Source of the DNA: an uncultured delta proteobacterium
GTDB lineage: Bacteria > Myxococcota > B64-G9
Direction: 5' to 3'
Length of the DNA stretch: 64,000 nt
Assembly: GCA_963754925.1 (NCBI GenBank)
Contig: CAVWHX010000009.1
Location: 106,526-170,525, forward strand
The position numbers were made by a program, and so were the translations under genes. Shown here in pieces: positions 56,006 through 64,000 of this stretch (positions within the stretch are counted from its first letter, which is position 1; each line of letters opens with the position of its first letter). Under the pieces are notes generated by a model, which saw nothing but the letters and a program-made list of their open reading frames with translations, ran no database searches and was not told the DNA's origin.

Positions 56006-57418
56006 TCATTCTTTGAAGCTCTTCTTCTGTATGCCGTATTTTTTCATGCGCTCGTAGAGGGCCCGGCGTGATATGCCTAAGTACTGCGCAGTGGCCGTGA
56101 CCTCGCCGCGATGTTCGCGCAGAGCCACTTCGATGACAATCCGCTCGGTCCGTTCCATTTCGTCGTTCAGTCGCCCGGGTGTAGCCGGCAGAGAAAGCAG
56201 CCGTCCGGTACCCAAACTGTCATCATGGTTAAAGGGACCGGCCGACCCTTGGTGGGAGGTGACCACCATCCGTTCGACCGCGTTTTTGATCTCTCGTACA
56301 TTCCCGGGCCAGTTGTACCGAATCATCTCCCCGAGCGTCTGCTCGGGAACGTTGGGAACCGTGATCCCGGCTCGGGCGGCGGCCAGCTTGAGGAAATGCG
56401 ACACCAGCAACGGAATATCGTCGCTCCGTTCGCGTAACGGCGGAACCGTAACCGTGAGCACTACGATCCGATGGTAAAAGTCCTCCCGCATTCTTCCGGC
56501 AGCAATCAGCTCCTGCAGATCCGTCTTAGTGGTCGCCACCAGTCGAATGTCCACCCGCCGCGGCTCGTCGCCGCCCACGGGTTCCACCAGGCCGTCCTCG
56601 AGAACCCGCAGTAATTGCACCTGGGCCTTGAGCGACAGGCTCTCGATCTCGTCGAGGAGCAGCATCCCGCCCGAGGCCGTGAGGAGTTTGCCGTCCCGTG
56701 AGCTGGTCGCTCCGGTAAAAGCGCCCTTGGCATGCCCAAACAGCTCGCTCTCAAGCACGCTCTCGGGGAGGGCTCCGGCGTTGACCGCCACCATGGGCTT
56801 GCTCGAACGGGCACTCTGGGCGTGAATCGCCCTGGCCACCAACTCTTTGCCGACGCCGGTTTCGCCAACGATCAACACCGGAGCATCGGATCGGGCGACG
56901 ACCTCGATCTGCTCGAAGACATCCTGCATAACCCGACTGCGACCCACCATGCCGAAGCGGCTGTCCTCATCGGATGCAACCATCTCAAGCCGCCGGCGAA
57001 GGCGCTCGGTCTCCCGACGAAAGCTAGTCTTTTCAACCGCGCGGGTCACGCAGGCGAGGATCACTTCGTGCTCAAACGGTTTTTCGACAAAATCATACGC
57101 TCCGGATTTGAGACAGCGCACGGCCATGGCGATGTCACCATGGCCAGTCACCATGACCACGGGAGGGGGAAAACGACGTCGGATGAGTTCCGTCAAAAAC
57201 TCCTCACCGTCCATCCCGGGCATTTTAACATCGGTCAGAATACAATCGGCATCCGGCAACTCCGGCCAGGCCAAGGCCCCCTCGGCCGACGAGAACATCT
57301 GCACACGATACCCGCGCAGACGCAGCATTTGGCTGAGCGATAGGCAGGCGGCCTCATCGTCATCGACCACCACCACCATCGGTTTACCGCCAGTATCGCT
57401 ATCAATTCTCTTGTGCAC
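56006..57418 (-). CDS. sigma54-dependent NtrC/DctD-family response regulator
   Basis: Receiver VVDDD..DVKMP..EKPF; GETGVGKE, ESELFGH, GAFTGA, LDEIE, WPGNVRE; Fis-type HTH; start probably GTG at 57418. Confidence 0.95.
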   Translation of the reverse strand: MHKRIDSDTGGKPMVVVVDDDEAACLSLSQMLRLRGYRVQMFSSAEGALAWPELPDADCILTDVKMPGMDGEEFLTELIRRRFPPPVVMVTGHGDIAMAVRCLKSGAYDFVEKPFEHEVILACVTRAVEKTSFRRETERLRRRLEMVASDEDSRFGMVGRSRVMQDVFEQIEVVARSDAPVLIVGETGVGKELVARAIHAQSARSSKPMVAVNAGALPESVLESELFGHAKGAFTGATSSRDGKLLTASGGMLLLDEIESLSLKAQVQLLRVLEDGLVEPVGGDEPRRVDIRLVATTKTDLQELIAAGRMREDFYHRIVVLTVTVPPLRERSDDIPLLVSHFLKLAAARAGITVPNVPEQTLGEMIRYNWPGNVREIKNAVERMVVTSHQGSAGPFNHDDSLGTGRLLSLPATPGRLNDEMERTERIVIEVALREHRGEVTATAQYLGISRRALYERMKKYGIQKKSFKE

Positions 57419-58898
57419 GCTTCGTTCCCTCATATTCCATGGCCAGCGGCAAACGAACCACAAACGTGGTCCCTCGACCGGGTTCACTATGGGCCTCGAT
57501 GGTGCCCTTGTGATCCTTGATAATGCTGAGCGAAATTGAAAGCCCCAACCCCGTGCCTTGCCCCGGTTTCTTTGTGGTGAAAAAAGGCCTAAAGAGCTTC
57601 TCCGCCACCTCGGGACCAAACCCAATGCCCGTGTCGCTGACTTCAATGGTCAATGGGCAGAGCTGCGAGGAGTTGACAAACGTCCGAATGGCCAACCGCC
57701 GCTCATGGGCCTCTTCCATGGCTTGGCGAGCGTTAGTCAGCAAGTTCAAAAGCACTTGCTCCAGCCGGATGCGATCACCCATCAGGGGCGGCAAGCCTTG
57801 CATGAGGTCGAGCGTCACATTGACCCCGGAGAGATTGAGTTGCGGGGTGAGAAACTCTACCATCTCGCTAATCAACGCATTGATATCAATCTGCCCGAGC
57901 TGGCGCTCGGTCTTGCGAGCGAGCTGGCGCATGCGATTGATGATGCGTGCGGCGCGATCGACCTGCTCGGCGATACGTTTGAGATTGTCGGTCACCTCGA
58001 TGGGCTCGCCTATTTCGTTTTCGAGCATGTACAACGCGTTGGAAGCAAAATTGCGGATGCCGGTGAGCGGTTGGTTCAGTTCGTGGGCTACCTGCGCAGC
58101 CATCTCTCCCAATTCGGCCAACCGTGTTGAGTGCACTAATTGCTCTTCCTGCACTTGCGCGATTTCCGATAATTCATCACGTGTTTTTACTGCTTCCTTG
58201 CTCTCGGTGATGTCCACCGCGTGGACGATAACCGCTGGGAGGCCGTCGAACTCGGTGGCCGAACTGGCCACCACCACCCAACACGGCTCGCCATCCTTCC
58301 GATTGATGCGAGCCTCATAGTGCAAATCAATCACCCCGTGGGTTCTTCGGGTTGCCGCCAGATCTTGGATCCGCTCGCGTTCCGACTCATGAAAAATATC
58401 CCAGATCGGCTTTCCAGCGAGTTCCCGGGGATCGACGCCCAGTAGTTCTCCGCAGCGAGCGTTTGCCAAGATGATGACGTCATTGCGGTAGACCACAATG
58501 CCGCACAACGACTTTTCAAAGAGCAACCGGTAGTTTTTCTCGGAGTTCTCTACTTCAAGATAGATCCGAGCAAGCCGTTCTCGCAGTCCAGCCGTCAGCG
58601 CGCTCGCTATGAGCAGCATTCCCACCCGTACCCCATTATCCACCCAGTTGGTCCCGATGTTCGAAAGCAACGTCAGCGCGACAATCAAGATCGCCAGAAG
58701 CCCGGCCACCCAGAAGCCCCGTCGACCCCACCACAACGAGGCGAGAATCGCCGGCAGGTACGCAAAGTGAATGTAGACCGAATCACCGCCGAGAAAAAGC
58801 CGATAGTACACCCCGAGGGCTGCGAATCCGACGACCGAACCGACAACGATAATCCACCGAATTTTGCTTTTGGTCCTCAACCTCGGTGCATCCTCCAA
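57402..58898 (-). CDS. Membrane PAS sensor histidine kinase
   Basis: About 4 TM N-terminus, PAS/PAC, VAHELNQPL, NLLTNARQA, GQGTGLGLS. Confidence 0.94.
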   Translation of the reverse strand: MEDAPRLRTKSKIRWIIVVGSVVGFAALGVYYRLFLGGDSVYIHFAYLPAILASLWWGRRGFWVAGLLAILIVALTLLSNIGTNWVDNGVRVGMLLIASALTAGLRERLARIYLEVENSEKNYRLLFEKSLCGIVVYRNDVIILANARCGELLGVDPRELAGKPIWDIFHESERERIQDLAATRRTHGVIDLHYEARINRKDGEPCWVVVASSATEFDGLPAVIVHAVDITESKEAVKTRDELSEIAQVQEEQLVHSTRLAELGEMAAQVAHELNQPLTGIRNFASNALYMLENEIGEPIEVTDNLKRIAEQVDRAARIINRMRQLARKTERQLGQIDINALISEMVEFLTPQLNLSGVNVTLDLMQGLPPLMGDRIRLEQVLLNLLTNARQAMEEAHERRLAIRTFVNSSQLCPLTIEVSDTGIGFGPEVAEKLFRPFFTTKKPGQGTGLGLSISLSIIKDHKGTIEAHSEPGRGTTFVVRLPLAMEYEGTKRAQEN

Positions 58899-59030
58899 TG
58901 GCCCGCTTCCCGGCGAGGCGCCATAATAATGCCAAAGACCTTTATGGGAGGGAAGATAAAAAGCTGTTTCAATCTACATGGTATCGTCGCAGCAAATTAC
59001 AAATCGTTTTGAGTCTATGGGAGAGTAATT

Positions 59031-59632
59031 TCATTCTTTTAATGCGGGGTCCATCGATATCTCAATGATCGCGCTTCGATCGTTCTCCGAGTACTCTTTG
59101 AGAGCTACCGTATACTTAGCTCCGCTGAAATCCATCAGGCCCTGTATAAAGGCCGCCGTGCTAACCAAGCTCGGTCGACTTCCCACCATTGCTGATGGCA
59201 GGTCTTTCAACACAAGATGAATAGAATCGCTGTCTATATCAGCGCTCAACATAGCCCCACAGTTGCGGAAGACAGATTGCCATAACTGCGGTGCGAGCTC
59301 AATCATCGTCTTACGTTGTATCTTGAGCATATTCAACGCCGACAAAAAAACGGGCCGACAACCATGGAGTTGATTGAAATAGCGGTGGCCTTGGTAGACC
59401 ATTTGAAGTTACCCTCTTCGCCGATCTCGGCCGACACGCATTCACAGATCTCGACATTATTTTCAATCGGAACCCATTGATCTTCCTTGGCGTCGTTAAT
59501 GGCCTGCAAGGTGTTTTTATCTATACGACCTAAAATGTTTTCCCTAACACGGTCATCAAGTAATTCTAGTGCCTTGAGCTTGCTTTTAATCTGACGGCAG
59601 CGGATTTCTGGTCGTTGCTTTTGGGTACCCAA
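59031..59632 (-). CDS. H-NOX/V4R-like hypothetical protein, paralogue of 59781-60383, frameshifted at a T7 run (59344-59350)
   Basis: RPEIRCRQIKSKLKAL..DQWVPIE aligns with the neighbour; T8 would restore GPFFLSALNM. Confidence 0.75.
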
Positions 59633-59780
59633 AATCGGCTCCTTTATTAAATACCAAATAAAACAATATCATAACTCGGTCCGAACATCAAGTTCGAACC
59701 TTTTGTCTTATATAGGATATATCGGGAAGTTTTAATGAAAAATAAACCATTTTTTCGAAATTGGATAAAAAAAGCTGGTC

Positions 59781-60383
59781 TTATTTATTCGGCTCCTCCC
59801 AAGTCAATTCAACGACGGCGTTTCGTTCGACTTCGGAATATTGAACGAGTGCGGCCTTCGATTTGGAGGCGCTGCCAAACTCAGCCAAGGCCTGGACAAA
59901 TGCAGCTATACCAATTAGGTACGGTCGACTTTTCAGCATTACCGGTGGCAACCCTTTTATAATCAAGTGCGTGCATACCGGGCTTATCTCAACGTTAGAT
60001 ACCTCGCCACAGTTGCGGTAAATAGATTTCCACAACTGCGGTGCCAACTTTAGCACGCTACTTGGTTTAAATTTAAACATATTGAGAGCCGCCAAAAAAA
60101 ATGGACCAACAACCGATGATTTGATCGAGTACGTCACTGCCTTGCGCGACCATTCAAAAACACCTTCTTCAGCAGCTTCAGCGGCCACCGCCTCGGTAAG
60201 TTCTATGTTATATTCAACCGGAACCCATTGATCATCTTTTGCTTTTTGAATGGTTTGCATCGTAGCTTTAGAAAATCGTTCTAAGACCAGTTTCTTTACC
60301 TCAGGGCCGAGTAAATCAAGTGACTTGAGTTTGCTACGAATCTGCCCGCAACGGACTTCGGGACGTTTATTTTTATCATCCAC
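59781..60383 (-). CDS. H-NOX/V4R-like hypothetical protein (reminiscent of DUF2378/TIGR02265-type proteins)
   Basis: 200-aa ORF; 'LGPEVKKLVL...QWVPVE...APQLWKSIYRNCGEV...VVELTWE' has the same layout as 7675-8235. Confidence 0.7.
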   Translation of the reverse strand: MDDKNKRPEVRCGQIRSKLKSLDLLGPEVKKLVLERFSKATMQTIQKAKDDQWVPVEYNIELTEAVAAEAAEEGVFEWSRKAVTYSIKSSVVGPFFLAALNMFKFKPSSVLKLAPQLWKSIYRNCGEVSNVEISPVCTHLIIKGLPPVMLKSRPYLIGIAAFVQALAEFGSASKSKAALVQYSEVERNAVVELTWEEPNK

Positions 60384-60531
60384 GAATCAAACCCCTTTTT
60401 TTAACATATAGCTATGAACAGCAACCAGTCCCCCGTAGCACAATGCCGGATGAATACTTCACATTGTCATACATCGGAAACTTGAAGTCAAAAATAAATC
60501 AATTTTACAAAGGATAAGAAAAATATGAGGC

Positions 60532-61452
60532 TTATGTTAGAATGTGCTTTACTATCCAAGTGAAACAGAGCAGGACAATCCCCATTCCAATACCTATGAG
60601 GGTCTGCTGCAGCGGTTTGACCATCTTTCCTTTACGTTTCTTGGCAATTGCCAGCTCGCTTCCGATGATATCAAATACTATGGCGCCGCCGACCAAAATT
60701 GTGCCGATAAGCAGATCGTTCCACACAAGAAAAAACCCGTACAACCAACAAAAAGCAAGCACTGCAGCTGTCCACGGACGGCGAACATAGAAATGACCGC
60801 CGCCTGGAATCAAAAAAGCTATACCGATAGACAGCATGCGCTTTTCCCGCATGATATCGGTCGGTTCGGTTTTTTCATCCAATTCGCTCGGAGTAGGTTT
60901 CAGGTCTTTGGCCGCTTCAATCAGACCCTGTACCAGCTGCGCTGCGCTATCCATCACCTCGGCCGACGCCGCTTTTGATTGGGGAAGCGGCCCGCATTGA
61001 AGCCACTCATTCGTTATGAGAATGTGTTCCGTGGCTCTAAGCCGCAGAAGATCGGACCGCAATGTTCCCTCAAATAGTTTTTGAATTATGTCTTCTGAGA
61101 TACGAGGCCAGTAAAACGATGCCCTAAAAGGATCATCGCGCTGGATGGTGCGGACGCGCGACTCAACCCAGAGATCCAGGCGAAGCGGCTTTGGGAAAAA
61201 GATGCGCACCTTCCGCCCCCAACGCCTGTTCCTGATGGGTTCTTGGCCAATGATTCGATCGACGATTGCTAAGAGCACTCCCAACAACGCGGCGAGAATC
61301 GAACTTCCCGAACCAGGATCGATCACCTCGAAATCGAGATCCCGGTAGGAGCCGCCCGGGTCATCTTCCTGGGTCAGCTCGGTAAAGAACCGTTCAAGGT
61401 CGGCTTTGTCTTTTAGTTCCATGCGTCGATCGACCAACACCTTCTCAGCCAA
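60532..61452 (-). CDS. Hypothetical membrane protein
   Basis: C-terminal TM segments with the FLIPGGGHFY motif; overlaps the upstream stop. Confidence 0.75.
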   Translation of the reverse strand: MAEKVLVDRRMELKDKADLERFFTELTQEDDPGGSYRDLDFEVIDPGSGSSILAALLGVLLAIVDRIIGQEPIRNRRWGRKVRIFFPKPLRLDLWVESRVRTIQRDDPFRASFYWPRISEDIIQKLFEGTLRSDLLRLRATEHILITNEWLQCGPLPQSKAASAEVMDSAAQLVQGLIEAAKDLKPTPSELDEKTEPTDIMREKRMLSIGIAFLIPGGGHFYVRRPWTAAVLAFCWLYGFFLVWNDLLIGTILVGGAIVFDIIGSELAIAKKRKGKMVKPLQQTLIGIGMGIVLLCFTWIVKHILT

Positions 61453-63058
61453 GAAGCTTTCCCGGATTCATCAATCCCTGCGGATCAAAACGCTTGCAGA
61501 GATCCCCGAGAACCGCCATGCCTAACGATCCTTTTTCGACGGACAGATAAGGACGGTGATCGATCCCAACCCCATGCTGGTGGCTAATCGTGCCCCTATG
61601 GGTCACAATGGCCTGGCTGGCCCGTTCCTTGAGAACGTGCCAACAACGCAGGTTTTCCTCGGGATCGCGAGCGAGGCGGAAAAGATACGTTGTATAGACG
61701 CTCGATCCCCACGGGTAGATATGAGAAAGATGGGTAAATACGTGCACACGCTCGCCGCCGTCCGCGAGACCAGGGCGGATGGCCTCTTCTATGGCTGTCA
61801 CCATGGTGGGAACAGAGGACCAGTCGACCGCAGTCTCCACCGTATCGATGGCATAGCCAATTTCCCAGAGGGTATTCCTGAGATACGGCGTGCGAAAGCG
61901 GTTTTTGTGCCATTGTCGTCCGAACGTACGTCCGATGTGGATGCCACTATGTTTTTTCGATAGAGCGAGCGTTTCGTGCAAGCTTGCTCTGACCATGGCC
62001 CTGCGCCCACCGACGCCGAATATCAACATGCACTTTTCCCCACCCAGCCCTCTCATTGACAGGTACTTTTCCACCATACCAATCAGGGACTCGTGTCCGG
62101 CGAGCGCGAGGGTCGTAATGGTTTCGATAGCGGTGCTGAGCCGCAGCATCAAAAGCGGTATACCCGATTGCGCTATCTGCCGGACCGCGGCTTGGCCGTG
62201 AGCGAAATCGGGAAAGAAGACCGCATGGAAATCTTCCTTCACGGGTAGCGGCGTCACCCGCACCGTCGCTTCGGTTAAGATCCCAAAACGACCTTCTGAA
62301 CCCAACACCATTTCACGCAGGTCGGGGCCGGCCGCGGATGCCGGATGCGAAGGTAGTTCCAATCGACCGACCGGAGACTCCAGAACCCCGCCCGCAAACA
62401 GCTTCTCGATACGTCCATAGCGAATAGATTGCTGTCCGCTCGATCGCGTGGCTATCCAGCCGCCCAGCGTTGACAACTCAAAAGACTGGGGAAAGTGGCC
62501 GAGGGTATAGCCATGCGCCTGCAATTGCGCCTCGAGGTCAGGTCCGGTTACCCCTGGCCCGAACGTCGCGAGCAGACTGGTCTCATCAAACCGTTGCAGC
62601 TTGTTGAGACGGCACAGATCCACGGTCAGGACCGGGGCCTCGCCGGGCATCGGTGTAATATGGCCGACCACGCTGGTTCCCCCGCCATAGGGAATCAATC
62701 GGATGCCTGAAGCGGCCGCATACGTGACGAGCTCGCGCACGGCATTGGGGGTATCGGGATACGCGACGCCATCGGGATAGGTTTCGATACGGCCCGAGCG
62801 CACAGCGATCCAATCGGGCAGGCTCTGACCGCGGGCATGTTTCAAACGCTCAACCGGATCCGTTGTTATGAGGGGATGACGCGGAAGCTTGGAGGTAGGC
62901 ACCGTTTTGACGATGTTGGCGAGAGCGGCATCCGACGGTGGCGAGCCAAGCCCCACGAGATTTTCCAAAAAGCGACTTGCCGAAGACGGAAGATGATAGG
63001 TAATGCCGTCATCACCCCAGCCGTTCCAACGCCGCATGAGACGCCCTCCTCCTAACAT
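61445..63058 (-). CDS. FAD-binding oxidoreductase, alkyl-dihydroxyacetonephosphate synthase-like
   Basis: RWNGWG, PYGGGTSVVG, GHFPQSFELSTLGGWIATRSSG, HLSHIY, ISHQHGVG, MNPGKL. Confidence 0.9.
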   Translation of the reverse strand: MLGGGRLMRRWNGWGDDGITYHLPSSASRFLENLVGLGSPPSDAALANIVKTVPTSKLPRHPLITTDPVERLKHARGQSLPDWIAVRSGRIETYPDGVAYPDTPNAVRELVTYAAASGIRLIPYGGGTSVVGHITPMPGEAPVLTVDLCRLNKLQRFDETSLLATFGPGVTGPDLEAQLQAHGYTLGHFPQSFELSTLGGWIATRSSGQQSIRYGRIEKLFAGGVLESPVGRLELPSHPASAAGPDLREMVLGSEGRFGILTEATVRVTPLPVKEDFHAVFFPDFAHGQAAVRQIAQSGIPLLMLRLSTAIETITTLALAGHESLIGMVEKYLSMRGLGGEKCMLIFGVGGRRAMVRASLHETLALSKKHSGIHIGRTFGRQWHKNRFRTPYLRNTLWEIGYAIDTVETAVDWSSVPTMVTAIEEAIRPGLADGGERVHVFTHLSHIYPWGSSVYTTYLFRLARDPEENLRCWHVLKERASQAIVTHRGTISHQHGVGIDHRPYLSVEKGSLGMAVLGDLCKRFDPQGLMNPGKLLG

Positions 63059-63138
63059 AATCGGAGCATCTTCTTCTCATTGCCATAGAAGCGGCAATAA
63101 AGGTACTTAAAATTAATTTGTTTCCGCGATGTATTCGG

Positions 63139-63217
63139 GCAGCGCAGCGAGCGTTATTAGAGACTGTTAGCGAACGACTAGAGACTGTTAGCGAACGAAG
63201 TGAGCGTTACAGTCTCT
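63139..63217. repeat. REP-like palindrome with a 20-bp direct duplication
   Basis: TAGAGACTGTTAGCGAACGA x2 (63158, 63179); stem AGAGACTGT...ACAGTCTCT at 63180-63217. Confidence 0.8.
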
Positions 63218-63308
63218 TGTCCCTTTTTAGGGGTGACCTGCCCCCCAAAAACTGGACCATTTTCAATGAGAGTTCCTTCGGCTAGAATGCCGGAAAGGAG
63301 CTTGCTCA

Positions 63309-63575
63309 ATGAAAGGGAAACGGTTTTCTGAGGATAAGATCATCGGGATATTGAAAGAAGCCGAAGCGGGGGTGAAGCTGTCTGATCTCTGTCGCACACA
63401 TGGCTTCTGCGAACAAACGTACTACCGTTGGAAATCCAAGTACGGCGGGATGGACGTCAGCGAGGCGCGGCGGCTGAAGCAGCTTGAGGAAGAAAACCGA
63501 AGGCTGAAGCGTGCCGTGGCCGATCTCACTCTCGACAACCAGATCTTGAGGGATATCAACTCAAGAAAATGGTGA
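63309..63575 (+). CDS. IS3 transposase OrfA
   Basis: RFSEDKIIGILKEAEAG, TYYRWKSKYGG, LEEENRRLKR. Confidence 0.95.
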   Translation: MKGKRFSEDKIIGILKEAEAGVKLSDLCRTHGFCEQTYYRWKSKYGGMDVSEARRLKQLEEENRRLKRAVADLTLDNQILRDINSRKW

Positions 63576-64000
63576 AGCCCGCAGCGCGAAAGCAGGCCGT
63601 TGTGCATGCCCGCGAGGAATTTGGGGTGAGCGAACGACGCGCCTGCGGGCTGATGAGGATCGGGCGATCGAGCTTTCGGTACCGTTCGGTAGGCCAACTG
63701 TATCCGCAGTTGCGGGAGCGTCTTTTAGAGCTTGCGGCGCAGCGGGTACGCTTCGGATATCGACGGTTGCAGGTGTTATTGCGGCGGGAAGGGTATGTGG
63801 TGAATCACAAGCGGGTGTATCGGCTGTATCGGCAAGAGGGATTGAGCGTGAGGAAGAAGCCAGCGCAAGAGATACCGGAGCATCGCGCGGCAGCCGCTGC
63901 GTCTTCCGGAAGGACTCAACGAGCGATGGTCGATGGATTTTCTATCTGATTGTCTCTCAGATGGGCGACGGTTGAAGGTGTTGAGCGTGCTGGATGAATT
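63569..64000 (+). CDS. IS3 transposase OrfB (partial; extra base near 63860)
   Basis: VSERRAC, RFGYRRL, VNHKRVYRLY; continues in the +1 frame as NERWSMDFLSDCLSDGRRLKVLSVLDE. Confidence 0.9.

Larger units (their letters stand above)
63234..64000 (+). mobile_element. IS3-family insertion sequence (IS407-group-like), left part
   Basis: Left end TGACCTGCCCCCCAAAAACTGGACCA followed by orfA and orfB; runs off the window. Confidence 0.92.

Noticed and set aside
63139..63217. CRISPR-like direct repeat
   Set aside because: Only two 20-bp copies separated by 1 nt; no spacers and no cas genes

Overview
64-kb bacterial window with a mosaic base composition; a deltaproteobacterial-type anaerobe or facultative anaerobe is a weak inference from gene content. 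Left to right: (1) 1-10 kb: detoxification, redox and signalling genes (VOC protein, MBL hydrolase, internally deleted flavin reductase, PAS hybrid kinase, NmrA/ADH/AKR). (2) A fur/perR-katG unit next to tRNA-Asn, with a relic monofunctional-catalase C-terminus directly behind katG. (3) PQQ-type beta-propeller lipoprotein, PD-(D/E)XK-nuclease/Fe-S DinG-type helicase, glgX and an APC permease. (4) An AT-rich surface-polysaccharide region (21.6-35.4 kb) with nested IS3/IS21 relics. (5) The main feature, a ~22-kb minus-strand [FeFe]-hydrogenase locus: PAS kinase and sigma54 activator, a consensus sigma54 promoter, DRTGG/anti-sigma-kinase/PHP regulators, HydC, an HndB-like ferredoxin, HydB fused to a GltD module, HydA, a sensory hydrogenase-histidine kinase relay and hydE-aspA-hydF-hydG. 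(6) Tandem H-NOX/V4R-like paralogues, an ADPS-like oxidoreductase and the start of an IS3 element. A small palindromic repeat family with covarying stems occurs three times, twice beside IS3 ends. At least nine genes carry 1-bp indels that look like long-read consensus errors, so 'split' genes should not be assumed dead. All calls come from motif recognition by eye; no database searches were run.
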